DNA of 64,000 nucleotides, from contig OZ336882.1 of NCBI GenBank assembly GCA_965287045.1, positions 72,974,001 through 73,038,000 of the forward strand, given 5' to 3'. Positions 49,901 to 63,972 of the stretch are shown piece after piece. The notes under the pieces are model-generated. The model made no database searches, was not told the DNA's origin, and saw only the letters and a list, made by a program, of their open reading frames with translations. Numbering within the stretch: the first letter of the stretch is position 1; each line of letters starts with the position of its first letter. The DNA comes from Carcharhinus amblyrhynchos. Lineage: Eukaryota. A program made the translations under genes and the position numbers.

Positions 49901-52203
49901 TATCTGAAAATGATATTAAGGAATAATGCGAAGCGTTTGATGTTCCAACATGACTAACACGTGGTACTGCAAACCAGCAGAGACAGTTTAGTAAATACTT
50001 CGAATCGAACAAAGACAATTCTGGAAGGGCAGCTTACATAAAAGGTGGCTATCACATTTCTAATTAAATGAAGTTAAAGTGCTGAAGCAGGTAATGTTGA
50101 AATCGATAATTCAGGGTCACAGTTTCCGGGTGAGCATCCAATGACATTGATACAGGTGTCGATTTGGAGCATTACTTTGAACTAAGCCAGGTTTCCAAAT
50201 CAGTCCATATTGCTTACCACTTCCAGCCCAGCCTCCTCCCAGCTTTCCTTGTCTGATTCTAGTATCACACTCCACATTTTCCTCCTCGCTCACATACCTA
50301 TACAACTCCCTCCTCATTGCCCATTCACCTTAACTTGGCATGGATTGAGAATTGTTTAGCAGACTGAAAACAAAGTGTAGGGACAAATGAACACTTTCGA
50401 AGTTGCAGGCTGTGATTTCGGGAACCATCAGGGATCTGGGCTTGGGTCCAGCTATTTAAAAGATGCTTCAATGATTTTGGTGAGGGAACGAAAAATAACA
50501 TTGACAACTTTACTCTCACAAAACATGTGAGGAATTTGAGTGTTGTGAAGGATGCTCAGAGGCAGCAAATTGATTCAGGCAAGTTCAATATGAGGGAAAA
50601 CACATTACGATGCCGTACAATGTGAGTAAATGTAATGTAAATAACGTTGGACAGAGAAAAAGAATGTTAGAATACTATTTATATCATGATAGATGGGGAA
50701 CGGTCGACAATGAAGGAGACCAAGATGTCGTTGTTTACCAGATATTAAGGAAATCATGCAGGCAAGGCAAGCAGGCAGGTGGCAATTGATAGGCTGGCCT
50801 TCATTGAAAGAGGGCTTTAGTGAAGGAACAATAATGCCTGGCTGGAGATGCCCAAGTCTTTGGTGAGAACACGACAGAAGTATTGTGTGCAGTTTTCGCC
50901 TCATAATCTGAGAAAGAAGTGGAGCCAATTGACACCGGACTGAATTCAGGGAAAGCGTGTTTCCATTATGAGATGAGAATGAGTTGAATGTACATGCATT
51001 AACTGTAAATTAGAATAATTTGAAAATACAAAAATATTTGACATGTTTGGAAAGATTGGATGTTGGGATGCCATTGCGATGGCAGAGTGGGAAGGGGCTC
51101 AATAATGAGATGTCACGACTTTTGAATATTGGTGGGCCATTAACGGTTGAGATGAGGAGAGACATCTTCACTCAGAGGGTGGTGAGCCTGCGGAATTCTC
51201 TACTACAGGTGATGGTGGCGGTAAATAAACTGAATATATTAAATAGCAACATGTAGGCAGAACAGGATAAGTTCAGTAGTTTGAAACTAGATAGGGAGGG
51301 ATTTTCGTATGAGGAGACGTTGAACAGGTTGTGCCTGTTTAAAAGAATGAGAGACGACCTTATTGATGCATATAATACTCATCGACCTTCTTGAGACATA
51401 TAAGGGGCTTGACAGGATGGATGCTGAAACAGGGGTTCTCCTTGTGGGACGGTATTGGACTAGAGGGCATTATCTCAACGTAAGGGGTCGTCCGCTTAAG
51501 ACAAAAATGAGGTGTAATTTCTTCTTCCAGAGAATCCTGAATCCATGGAAGACTTCGATGCGTGGGCGATCGAGGCTGTGTCATTAAGTATACCCAAAGT
51601 TGAAAAAAGGTTCATTGTAAGAGGGCTTCAGTACAGAAAAAAAAATGACATCTGATTGGAGCTGTATATGGCTTTGTTGAAACCACAACATTGTTAATGT
51701 TTAGTCGCTGCTATTAGCCTCACTACAAGATGAGCAACAGAAATGTTAAACTGACTTCAAAACAATCATGTTAGAGTCGCAAAACTATCAGCAAAAGCTG
51801 CGTTAGGTTGTACCAGTCACATTTTTATTGAGTTAGCACCAAGAACAGAATCATTTGATGCCAATGCTGTCACTTTTAAGCATTTTCTATAAGCTATTTC
51901 TTTTTTGAAAACATCAAACCCAGAACCCGAGACACTTCAGCTCGGGGGATTTTGGTGCGTCAAGAGTGCACTTCCTCTGAGATTCCAATACATTCCGCTT
52001 GGTGATTTCAAAGGGGGTCTCGACCCGGGTGCAATGAGGAAAAAAAAACACCTTTATTTGTTCAGTCACAGTAATTAATCACGTGCAATATTATGTCACT
52101 AGCAGAGACTAGATTGTTACATAAATGGGGCTCATTGATACTTGAGAGATCTACTTTGCGTGGAACAGAAGAATTCGGAGGGAAATGCCCGCCTCTTCAT
52201 GAA

Positions 52204-52273
52204 ATGGCGCGCGCCGCGATCCTGCAAATAAAGGACATTTACTATCCTCTGCTAGCGACCTTTGGTGTTCCAG
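52204..52273 (+). CDS. GPR139-like: GPR139-like gene C, coding exon 1 (MARAAILQIKDIYYPLLATFGVP)
   Basis: 70 nt exon ending CCAG|GTAAGT, seen inside ORF 52093-52296; phase 1. Confidence 0.9.
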
Positions 52274-53884
52274 GTAAGTCCGAGTATATCCTGTAGATAA
52301 ATAGGTATGAGACTATTTGACTGCTTGAAATTTATTTCGCTGGCCCAGAATTGTCTTCCTATGTGTACAGTAGGCAGCTCTTCTCTCTTCCCAATAATAA
52401 CTGTAAAAGCTTTATATGCAATGAATGATTATTCGACCTGCATTCATTTCCATCCCACCTCTTGGAAAGATCATTTGTCGATCATCTGTTTAAAGAACAA
52501 CAAATGCTTCAACGCGCATCCGGAGTTTTCTCCACGTGGCTGAACTCGCCACTGAAGATCTCGTCATGTTATTGTGGGATGTACTCAGGCTCTTACAGTT
52601 CAATTTCGAGTACACCATCGGCTGCATTGAGCGCGCAGGCAGCCTTTGAGGTGGCTGTCGATGTTAAAGGTGCATATTAAGGCGGTAACGACCGGCGTGT
52701 CCTCAGGCTTCTTTGCCGAGCTGTTATGTTACTCTACAATGAAACGATGCAGCATGAAAACAATTCCTGGCCATCTCAATGGGCCAGAGGGATTTCATGA
52801 GCATCAGCGGGCATGAGCAATATAAATCGTAGTTTTGGAGTAATTTCCACGATTTGACACACGTAGGTATCATGACAGTAAGTGAAAAAAAAATCTGAAA
52901 TGTCGTCATTCGCTTCCGGTTGAGCCACAGAATAGATGTTGTAGCATCCATGTCTATCAGATTGTTTTTGCAGAGATTCGAACTCAACATGAGGAAATCC
53001 CTTTTTTTTTGCTCTGATGCCAACTGCCAGAAATGAATATCTTCTTCAGCCTTTTAGCTCTTCCCAGTAATGTCACAAATTATTCCGGGCCATTATTTGG
53101 AATTGCAAATATCAGCTGCAAAAAAATGACAAGGAAACACATTACAGCCCAGTTGTGGTTTCCCCATAGGCCTTGGCTAGTGATTAATCCCCGCTCCATT
53201 ATTCAGCTTTACGGAGATGTACAAGAAAAAAAAATCTTCATGGATAGGACAGGAATGCTGAAATCAAGCAGTAAGCGTTGGAGATAAGCAACACGTCAGG
53301 TGGCGCATGGTGCTCAGGAGAACAGGGGAGGACAGTCACCAAGCATAAGTGAGTATGGGACAGGACCATGGTGACGCTAAATGTGGAACTACATGCACGC
53401 TAAACAAGTGATGCAATGAGAAAAGAAAGAATTAGCGTTTATACTTCTATTGGCAGCCCACAGAATTGAAAAGTTACCTCTGCTTGCCTTTCCACATAGG
53501 CTGCCTGACTTGATTTCCAGCATTTCTGCACTGCACTCACTGTGAAGGAAGAATCTCCCGCTTGTGCGTCGCTGTTGAATATTCCACTTCAATCGGTGCT
53601 TAGAACTTATAATACTTCTCCCGCACCACACCCTGAACTTCTTCCACGTCCCCCATGCCTTTCCACTGCTCCTTTGTTCCTTTATGTTCTCCAACACAGT
53701 CGATTCTTTTTTCTTCTGGGAAAGATTATTTAATTTGGTATTGATTTTTATCAGTTTATTCCCTCATTCCCATTAAAGTGTTCTGTTTACACGGCACATG
53801 CACACAATCTGCTAAGTAGTCAAAGAGACAAACCTTTCTTTTAGATTGACTGAAGTGTTCCTGTTTTCCTTCCTCTTCTTGCAG

Positions 53885-54813
53885 CGAACGTTATGACCAT
53901 CGTGATCCTCTCCAGAGGAAATTGTGGTCTCTCCAAATGTATTTCTGCCTACATGATGGCTATGGCTGTAGCGGATCTGCTGGTCATGGTGATTAGTGTG
54001 CTCCTGTGTCAGATCTTCGGTTATCAGTTTCCGAACTCCTTTTTGTCCTACACTTCGGTTTGTAAGTTCATTCTGTACAGTGGTTATGTTAATTTGGATA
54101 TGTCAGCGTGGTTCACAGTTTCATTTACATTTGACCGCTTTGTTTCCATCTGTTGTCCGAAATTTAAAGAGAAATATTGCACAAAGAGAACTGCAACTTG
54201 GATTATAGTAACGGTCTTCGCCTTGACCTATTTAAAAGGTGTCCCTATGTTTTTTTCGTACGAAGCTGAACGAATCATTGACAATGTGCACTGGGGCTGT
54301 CGGACAACGCAGGCCGTTTATACATTACCCGCATGGTCTGTGTACAGCTGGATGCAGTCTGGCTCAGTTGTGCTGTTGCCTTTTGCTCTCATGATGCTGT
54401 TTAATTGTTTAACCGTCAGACGTATTTTGTTGGCAAATCGTGTACGCAGAGGCCTCCGGAGCAGTGGAAATGAGAGTCAGAGTGACCCAGAAGTGAAGAA
54501 CCGAAGACAATCCATCCTTCTACTCTTCACGATATCGGGCAGCTACATAATTCTGTGGTTAACAGCTGTTGGGAGTTTTGCAGCCACCAGAATGTCGAGC
54601 AGCGTTTTCAATCAAGGAGATTACTCCAATCCGGGGTATATCGCCACTGAGACTGGATGCCTGCTCATGTACCTGAGTTCCTGTTCCAACACATGCATTT
54701 ATGCAGCGACCCAAAGGAAATTCAGAGGAGAACTAAAGAATGTGCTGAAATTGCCTTGGACATATTTTTCCAAATTGGTGAAAGATGAGGAAGAACTTAA
54801 GACAAACCAATGA
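53885..54813 (+). CDS. GPR139-like: GPR139-like gene C, coding exon 2 (spliced protein 332 aa)
   Basis: ttcctcttcttgcag| acceptor at 53884; intact 306 aa ORF 53893-54813 with the same 7TM motifs and an 8 aa longer C-terminus. Confidence 0.92.
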
Positions 54814-56675
54814 TTTCTCTCCAAACTGGAGCATTATTTTTCACATTTTTTTCCCTTGTGCAAGAATGCTGCTCTTCTTAGAATCTGACTATGAGAGTTG
54901 TTGTTAAATGATATTAACGATGTTGAATAAAAGTTGATGAAAGCAAACACTTGAAGTGATCACCAAAGCACAATACCATCAGAAATAATGTGGTGCAACT
55001 GGAGAAGGGATGTATGAACTCATTAAATACGATAGTGTAGTCAATGTTCATTCTTACACCTTGCCTGTTAATGGAATACTATAGTTGCTCTATCAACGCT
55101 TGTTCCGAGGAGGAATCGTTGCTAAAATTGAGTGTGTGGCGACTTATGGCCGAAACGTTTTCTCTTACAATGGAGAGATAAAGATCAGCATCAAAGGAGC
55201 CTGAATATTTGTTTGATAGATGCACGTGAGAGCATCACATTGCACAGAGACCTAGGGAGAGACTTGTTGCTGTCGAAAGGGTAAGGTACTTACGCAAAAT
55301 GCGTAAGAAATGCAGCGCTTTAACGAGAGATGACGGGCCAGCATGATATTACAAGGATGGCGGTTGGGGTTGGCGGGGGGCGGGGGGAATGATATTGGAC
55401 TTAGGATGTGGTGAATAGGTAGAAATGTGGCACACTTGCATTTATTCACCGAGATATAGAATATAAGAGCAGCGAGCTTACGATGGAGCTGAATAAAGCA
55501 AACTTCAGGGCACAGTTCGTGTTCTGTCTGCATTTCTGGTCATCCCACCATATAAGGGTTGTGTACGAGAGAGGGCGTAAAGGAGATTTACGATGTTGCC
55601 TAACCAAGGGAGTTACCACTACGAAGAGAAGCTCACCTTGGCTTGGTTGTTTTCCCTAGAACAGTGAACGCTGAGGCGGGGGATGGGGGTGAGGAATAGG
55701 GGAGGGGTAACGGTCGGAGTGTACAGATTTTGAGGTAGATGGGTAGGCACTTTTGAAATTAGTAAAGCTGTCAATGACCAGAGGACATAGGTTCATATAT
55801 TTAAATATAAGGTTCTGGCAGGAGATTTAGAGTGAATTTGAGTAAAATGCTCTTTCTACTAAGAGGATGATGGAGAGTCAGAATTCATCGACTGAAATTG
55901 TTGTAGGATTGAGGAACATCACGGTATTAAAAACGCACACACATTTAGAGGAGTATTTAAAATGTCATAATATATCAGGCTAAAACTCTACGAGATCTGA
56001 GGTTTGAGTGTGCGGAAAGAGCACCGACTGCCAAAGCACTTCATTCAAATCAGAATATCCGAACCAGAGGTAGTGTGTTGGTGAAAATCATTAGTAGCCG
56101 CATGCACCTGGGAGAATGATAAGGAAATGTCAAAAGAGCCAGAAAGGAATGGAAAAATGCTAATAGCAGTACTGGGCTAATTTTCTAGAATCCTAGAATG
56201 AAGATCCATTTCCTTTAGTTCACATTCTGAATATTGTTACTTTGCAGTGGTTTTGATTTTGATATTTCAATGTTGAAATTAAAATAGTTTTCAATAAAAT
56301 TTGATTACGCATTGAAGATTGAGTTTCGTTTAACTTTGCATGCGCTTCTATTTTCAAACAAATTTGCTTTTTTTTAGATCTTTCTGATGTAATCCAGCTC
56401 CCAAAATAGAATTCCCTACTTCAGTTGAGCAACAGTACGGGATGTCCTTGGAATGTCGACGATCCGCTGACTGTATCTTCCAGAACGGGGTGTGCATATT
56501 TTGATTAAAAACAAAACAAAAACATGTTCACCTTACATTTCAATCAGGAGGTGCACAATAGATTGCCAATATTCAGGATCTATCCGAACTCTCGTGGGGT
56601 CGAAAAGGTAAAACTGATTGTTGTTCTGCACTTGCAGGGAATGGAAGTGTTCCAGTGAAAAGGTGCGCTTAATTC

Positions 56676-56775
56676 GGGGGACGGGGGGGGGGGGGGGTGG
56701 CGTTGGTTGGGGGGGGTGCGCGTGGGGTTGGGGGGTGGTGGAGGTGTGGTGGGGGGGTTTCGGTGGTGGTGAGGG
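56676..56775 (+). repeat. Expanded G-run tract, copy C
   Basis: ~100 nt G-rich block versus ~30 nt in A (6270-6302) and B (23148-23172). Confidence 0.85.
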
Positions 56776-56840
56776 CAATATAGGAATAATCTGGTTCCGC
56801 TGCCAAGGCAGTAAGCTGGCCGTTTGGGAGAGAAACAGAG

Positions 56841-57269
56841 AACATAAGAACATAAGAAATAGGAGCAGGAGTAGGCCATCTAGCCCTTTGAGCCTGCCCC
56901 GCCATTCAATAAGATCATGGCTGATCTGTCGTGGCTCAGTTCCACTTTCCCGCCCTCTCCCCATAACCCTTAATCCCCTCTCTTATCAAAAACCCATCAG
57001 CCCGCGTCTTAAAAATATTTAGCGAGGCAGCCTCCACCACTTCAACGGACAGAGAATTCCAGAGATTCACCACCCTTTGAGTGAAGAAGTTCCTCCTCAA
57101 CTCCGTTCTAAACCGCCCCCCCTTTATCTTGAGGCTGTGCCCCCTAGTCCTACTGTCTTTTTTGAGCGGGAAGAGTCTCTTCACCTCTATCCTATCCATC
57201 CCATTCATCATCTTATACGTCTCAATGAGATCTCCCCTCATTCTTCTAAACTCTAACGAGTACAAGCCT
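56841..57269 (-). mobile_element. Young 5'-truncated CR1 LINE, same subfamily
   Basis: ORF 56936-57265 is near-identical to the end of ORF 26224-27072; (AGAACATA)n tail; ACAGAG target-site duplication at 56835-56840 and 57270-57275; absent from A (~6336) and B (~23203). Confidence 0.95.
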
Positions 57270-57765
57270 ACAGAGGCGTTACTGTTGCTGAAGTTTTTAA
57301 GAAAGGCCGTGGGAAGGAAAGTTAAATTAGCGGGGAATGGTTACACCTTCGACAGGAGTCATTGGTTTAATTTAGTATTCTCAGAAAACATAAAAAAAAG
57401 TTGGGGGATTCAGGATATAGAGGGAAAATAACCACTTAATTCACTTACAGAACTCAGGAAATTATTAAAAAAAACTCATATTTTATAGACATGAACAAAG
57501 TGTTTAACTTTAAAAAACACTCAGAAATCAAGTTATGTTTTCTGTCTTAAAAAAAGGGGCACATTGTCAAAAAAAAAGAGGTAAACAAGCTAAGTTTGAA
57601 ACAACCAGAACGTTAAGCCATTCAGTTCTATTCAGGACGAATCTTCGTGTTTTAAAAATTTGCAGCAAATGATAGGAAGTGTTCATTCAAATCTCAATAC
57701 AATCGGAAAGGGGAAAATGTTGATTCGAAGTTACACACAAAAAAAGTGGATGCCGAAATTTAAAC

Positions 57766-60090
57766 ACAAGAACATAAGAACTAAGAGTTCGAGAAGACCA
57801 TCCGGCCGCTCGTGCACGCTCCCAGTTCAGCAAGATCATGGGTGATTTCTTCGAGGACTCGGCTCCACTTACCAGCCCACTAATCATGTCCTTTCGTTCC
57901 ATTACTGTTCAAAAAATTATCTATCCTTGTCGGAAAAAAAAAAGTCAATGAGGTAGCCTCAACTGCTTCACTGGACTGGAAATTCCAGATTCACAACACT
58001 TTGTGTGGAGAGGTTCCTCCTCAGCTCAGTCCTAATCTGTTCATCCTAATTTGGAGGCCATACCCGCAGTTCTAATTTCATCTGCACTGGAAATAATTTC
58101 CCTGTTTCTAGCATATCTAATCCCTTCATAACCCCATAACTTTCTATAAGATCTCCCCTGATTCTTCTCAATTCTACTGAGTCTAGTCCCAACCTACTCA
58201 ATCTCTCCTCATAAGCCAAACTTCTCAACTTCGAATTCAACCTAGTGAATCTCCTCTGCATCCCCTCCAGTGCGAGTAAATTCTTTCTCAGGTCAGGAGA
58301 TCAAAACTGTACACAGTACTTCAGGTGTTGTGTCACCAGAACCTTACATAGTTGCAACAAAACCTCACTTTTGTTTTAAACTCCATCCCTCCAGCAATGG
58401 AAGATAACATATCATTTGTCTTCTTAATGACTTGCTGCACCTTCAAAACAACTCCTTGCGATTCATGCACAAGGATACCCAGGTCGCTCTGCACAGGAAC
58501 ATGCTGCAATATTTTACCATTTAGTAATCATCAGTTGTGCTGTGTTTTCTGTTCTTACCAAAATGGGTGACGTCAAATTTAGCAATATTGCTCTCCATCT
58601 ACCAAATTCTTGCCTATTCATTAGACTATTATAGCCCTTTGCAGACTTTCAGTGTCCTCTGCACACTTTGCTCTGCCACTCATCTGAGTGTCACCTGCAA
58701 TTTTCTTGACACACTACACCTGGTCCCCAACTCCAAATCATCTGTGTAAAGCGTAAACAATTGTAGTCCCATCACTGATCCCTGAGGCACATCACTCACC
58801 ACCGATTGACAATCTGAAAAGCCGCCATTTTCCCCCATTCTTTGCTTCCTGTAAGTTAACCAATCTTCTATCCGTGCTCATAGATTACCCATAACGCGGT
58901 GCACTTTTATCTGATGCAGCAGTCTTTGGTGCAGCAACTTGTCAAATGCCTTCTGGAAATCCAGAAACATCACATCCACAGGTTCCCAACTGTCCACTGC
59001 ACGTGTCATGTTCTCAACGAATTCCACCAAATTAGTCAAACATGACCCTCCCTTCAAGAACCCCTGCTATGCCTTACTAATTGGACAATTTTCACCCAGA
59101 TGTTTCGCTATTTTTTGCCTGGTGATAGATTCAAACATTTTCGCTACTATTGAATTTAAGCTAAACAGCCGATAATTGCCCGCCGTTTGTCTACCTTCTT
59201 TTTTCAAACAATGGCGTCACATATGCTATATTTTGACACAAAATACTGCTGAATTCCTCAGCCATTTTCTCATTTTCAGTTAGTACACCTCCCTTCTCAT
59301 CCGCTAAAGGATCAATAATTATTTTAGCCACCCTTTTTCGTTTTATATATTAACAGAAAGTTTTGCTCTCTGTTTTTCTACTCTGAGCTAATTTACTCTC
59401 ATATTCTATCTTACCTTTCGTTCTAACTTTTTAATGCCGTTATGGACCCTTAAATATTTCCAGATCCTCTAGTTTCCCACTAATCTTTGCCAGTCTGTAA
59501 GTATTTTCTTTCAATTTAATACCCTCCTTTCATTGCTTACATGTCCGTGGCTATTTATCTTTTTTTCTGCAGTACTTACTTCTCACTGGTAGATACCTTT
59601 GTTGTGTACTGTGAAAAATTGCTTTGGAAGTCCTCCACTGTTCCTCAATTTTCCCACCATTTTTTTTGCTCCTAGTCTACCTTCGTCAATTCCTCCTTTA
59701 TTCCACTGTATTCTGTTTTGTCTTAAGCACAGCCACGGGTATTGGGTTTTACCTTCTCACACTCCATCTGTATTTTCAATTCAAGAATACTGTGATTGCT
59801 TCTTCCGAGGGGATCCTTACCTTTAAGGTCAATAATGATTCCTGTCTCGTTATACAGGGCCATAGCAATGATAGCTTGCTCCCTCATACGTTCCATTACA
59901 AACTGTTCAAGGAAGCTATCACAGATACGTTCTGTGAACTCCTTCTCAAGGCTGCCTTAACTGACTTGGTGTGAACAATGACATATAGATTAAAATCCCG
60001 ATGATAATTGCTGTACCTTCTTTTTTTTTACCAATTTTGAAGATTACGTTTATCCCTGTTGACTATTTCGTGATAACAGCGCCAACTAAT
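57766..60090 (-). mobile_element. Old decayed CR1 LINE, copy C
   Basis: Duplicate of 6830-9150; ORF 58046-58261 QRRFTRL...RRIRGDLIE. Confidence 0.85.
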
Positions 60091-60849
60091 TTAGGGCTAT
60101 TCAGAAATGGCAGTGACCTCACAGTAGTTTCGTGACATTGTCAGGAGTGGAAATTTAAAATCAGCAAAATAATCATATAAATGAGATAAGTGGTCCAAAA
60201 AACAGTGCGGATTTAAACATGAATAGCCGTCTTGTTCCGGACAACTGCTGATAATGGAACCTGCATTCACTAGAAATATTGTCCTCTGGAATGCAGGCAT
60301 TATCTCATGCTTCATCCCAACAAGGCCTGCTGTGTTTTGCTGCTGTCTGAAACGTTCACACAATGTCACTAAAATGAAATTGCGTCCATTTTATAAATTC
60401 AATGTTCATGTTTTAAATGTGAAATAATTTTTATTCATGTGGTGTTGTTTGTTAAAAAACAGCCCTTGTCAGCCCTCTCCATAACTTAAGATCGTTTACT
60501 CTCAAGTCAGTTTAGTTGGTGTTAGTAAACCTTTGGTCCTGTGTTTTACAAGCCTATTCCGCACTTTCTGCCCTCACCCGCCCCCGCCCCCGCCCAAATC
60601 CTCTGCCGCTCTCGGTCTTTGGCCAAAGACTTACTGAAGCAACTAAATGGATATTTCTCAGTATCTAAACTTAGTTCTTACTACTTCTTTCGAATTTCCT
60701 ATTTCTCCCTTCCTTACCCTATCTGCTGTCACTGATGCTGTAACGTCGGTGGATTTAGAAAGTCGTGCAAATCAATTTGTGATTAGATGTACAATTACTA
60801 CTAACATTAGGATCACAATTAAATAATAAAATTCCATGAAGGAACGATG

Positions 60850-62320
60850 AATTCAGAGAGACGATCCAGCCTGGAAGCCAAGCACCTAAAATAAATAGTG
60901 CTGGGTCTTTGTGTTTCCCACCTCCATCTTCATGTATACAACCAGATTACTTACGTTTTCTGAACTGTCTAGTATATAAGTACAAATACTCATCCAATTA
61001 ATGCACGTGTCCCTCCTCTTGCTGCCGAGATTAAATCCAATGCCATGCAATGTTGAAGTCCCTCTGTACGCATGATAACCATCTCATGAATGATCATCTT
61101 GAGGGCAGTTCCTGTATTAACAATTTGTTCCCAATGTAGCTCAGCTTTGTAATTTCTTGCCTTATTCGAAGCACTCTATATTGGGGAAATGTTATGCCAA
61201 AACCCGGGCTCCTTCTGTCATCGCTTCTATGAAAGCTTTCTTCGCTTAACAAATATCCCTGCGAAGTTGGTTCCCAGGTCAGAATCCACCTGTAGAGGCA
61301 TGCCTGAACGAAGTATTATTTCATTTACTATTCAAAACCATTGCTTTTGGCTATAGCATCTTTGCACGGGAATGCTTCAACCTATCATGGAGACTGATAA
61401 ATGGTCACCAGATAAGAGGTCTTTCCTTGCACTTTGTGTAAGGGCCCTATCAGATCCATCTGCTTATTTCTCCATGGCCCTTTAGGTCATGTCGGATTAC
61501 CCATCTTGACTCTGCAGGGATGACGTGATTCTATAGGAGGTACGACAGATATCTCTGACCATCTCGCTATATCTCCATGTTATTCCACATGTGGTCCTTC
61601 TCTGTATGCATTAATCTGTGATATGTCTCCCATAACTTTTGTTGTACCACTTCCGGGGCTGTTATTTAGTGTTCCCTTCTCCTTACGCCATTTTGACCTC
61701 TCTGTCCTCCCCGTTTTCCCATTCCATTTTCTCTTCCTCTGTGGCCTGTTCCTGTATCTGTCTCACATCAATATCTCTGATTCCCTGGCTTGTGCAGGTT
61801 TCCTGGACAGTTTTATTAGATTCTCTTTAAGTACCCACTGTCATTTGCAACACGTATTGGATTAGGCACAAAATACAACACATTGGAGTATTCATGTGTG
61901 AGCAGAAATTTCAGATAATGGAATCCACATTCCAACTTGATTTCCAGCATTTCAGTACAAGTGCCACCCACCTAACGAATGTGGCATCTCTTCATATCAA
62001 TGATATTCAAAATCAAAGGAGATTGAAATAAGGCAGGGTGAGAAGGTGGCATTCCACCCAATCCATTGTTTGCTTCCCTTGTGAAACCTATTGACATTTG
62101 ACCTGGGTCTGTTCCCAAAAATTGAAATGGATCACTAGATTGTATGAGGCTTCTGAACTCTTTCTGCAGACCATCTTATGACACTTCATTCTTTCGCATT
62201 CAAGTTTCATCATCATTTTCTGAGTAAATGGACAGTACAATCTGTACATCACAAGTGGTAGACTTCGGTTATTTGTGGCACTGGTGACTCCCAACTACTG
62301 AGTGCAGTGCTGGGATTAAA
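60850..62320 (-). mobile_element. Decayed ERV pol fragment, copy C
   Basis: Duplicate of 9900-11400. Confidence 0.72.
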
Positions 62321-63972
62321 CTATGGAAACTCCTCTGATCTGCCTCCAATGCCAGTATTATTTCCCCTCGATAAAACAAATGAAAGGCGTTCATAATATT
62401 CAAGGGGTGGCGAAAATTATCTCTTGCACAGTTTTAATCTACCTTCCCTCTTTTTTCTTAATTCTGTTGGAAATAAAAGCAGACATTCCATTTATCTTCC
62501 CAATTATCTGCTGAATCTGCATGCTTGTATTTGTGATGTATACACAAGGACACCTAATCCGTCTGTGTTGTGACTTTCTGCTGTTTGTCTTCAATTAAAT
62601 AATAATCAGCTTATTTATTGTTTCCGACTGAAGCACAAAAGCTTACAATTTGTTTGCATTATATTCCATCTGCCAAGTTTATCCCATCTGACGTAACGAG
62701 TCCATATCTCTCTGTTGACTCCTTGTGTCATCACAATAACTTGCTTTCCCATTTTTTGTGTCATCTGCAAAATTGACAAAAAAATCCATTGACTTCCATC
62801 TTCTATGTCAGTTCGTCACTTCATTGAGCTGCCTGAAAAATACACTTGTTGAAAGTAACATATCTGATTCTCTATCATTCGTCCACCACACATTATCATT
62901 GCACACAACACTAAATGATGTGATACTTGGCATGGATCACACTGCTATTCACCAAACACAACGTGTTCATTTCCCAATGGATCACACAACTTGTCTTCTC
63001 ATTTTTTTCTGCTTAATGAATAAGGTTTTACATTTGGATTGCCACTCATTCAAGTTCTTAATTTATGTTATGGAGGTTAACCAGTTATTCTATAAAATTA
63101 ATATTATGCTTACATTGGTGTATTGACAGTTTACATTATGCCCCAGTTTAAGGATGGTGGAGTTAAAACTCATGAATTGCTTACCCCTCCCCCTACCTAA
63201 CACGCCTGTGCTTCAGCTGTCATTGTCGCTGTCTTCATCGCTCTCTTTCTAACTCGGTTTCTTTTTCTCCCTCTCTTTTACTGCATCTGTTTTATTCATA
63301 CGAAGCCAGAAGGTAAGGTATTCTCCCTCATTTCACTGAATTTCCCACTGACACATTTCCAATTCTTTTTGCACTTGTTCTCCCTTCATATTGTTCTCAG
63401 CTTAACACATATGCTGCCTCACTCACCACTCCGAAGTTCATTTTTCTACTGCGATGCAAATGCATACTGTCACTTGTCAGCACAAGCATGGATATAATGC
63501 AAACATTTTTGTTCTTGTACTGCTTCATTATGCGAGGAGAAGAGAGAGGAGCTGGGAATTGTGCAATCATTTGCAAACCACTTCTGATCTGTTGATGGAC
63601 AGAAGGTCACTGATGAAGCAATTGAAGATAGTTGTTCCGTGAAAACTACACTGAAGAACTTCCGCAGTGATGCCCTGGAAATGAAACCACCTAAACCGAT
63701 TTCATTTTTGTCAGGTATGATTCCTACTAGCAGAAAACTTGAACTTGATTCCCATTGACACCAGTTGTGTTTGTGTTTCTTCAGCCGATACATGGTCAAC
63801 CACTCCCTTTCTGACAAGAGAAGTCACCCTCAACTGGCTTCTTTGTAACGACACGTTATTGTCTCTCATACAGGGTGGATCAGATACTATCAGAAATTTA
63901 TGGCGTCTGATTGACAGCCCTGGTGAAGAAAGAAGAGATAAAGAAAGAGACAGGAGATAGAAGTTGAATATG

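Larger units (their letters stand above)
47611..63972 (+). repeat. Segmental duplication unit, copy C
   Basis: Starts at tgtcccattAATGTCCCACATCATAAA and is collinear with A and B to 63972. Confidence 0.93.
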
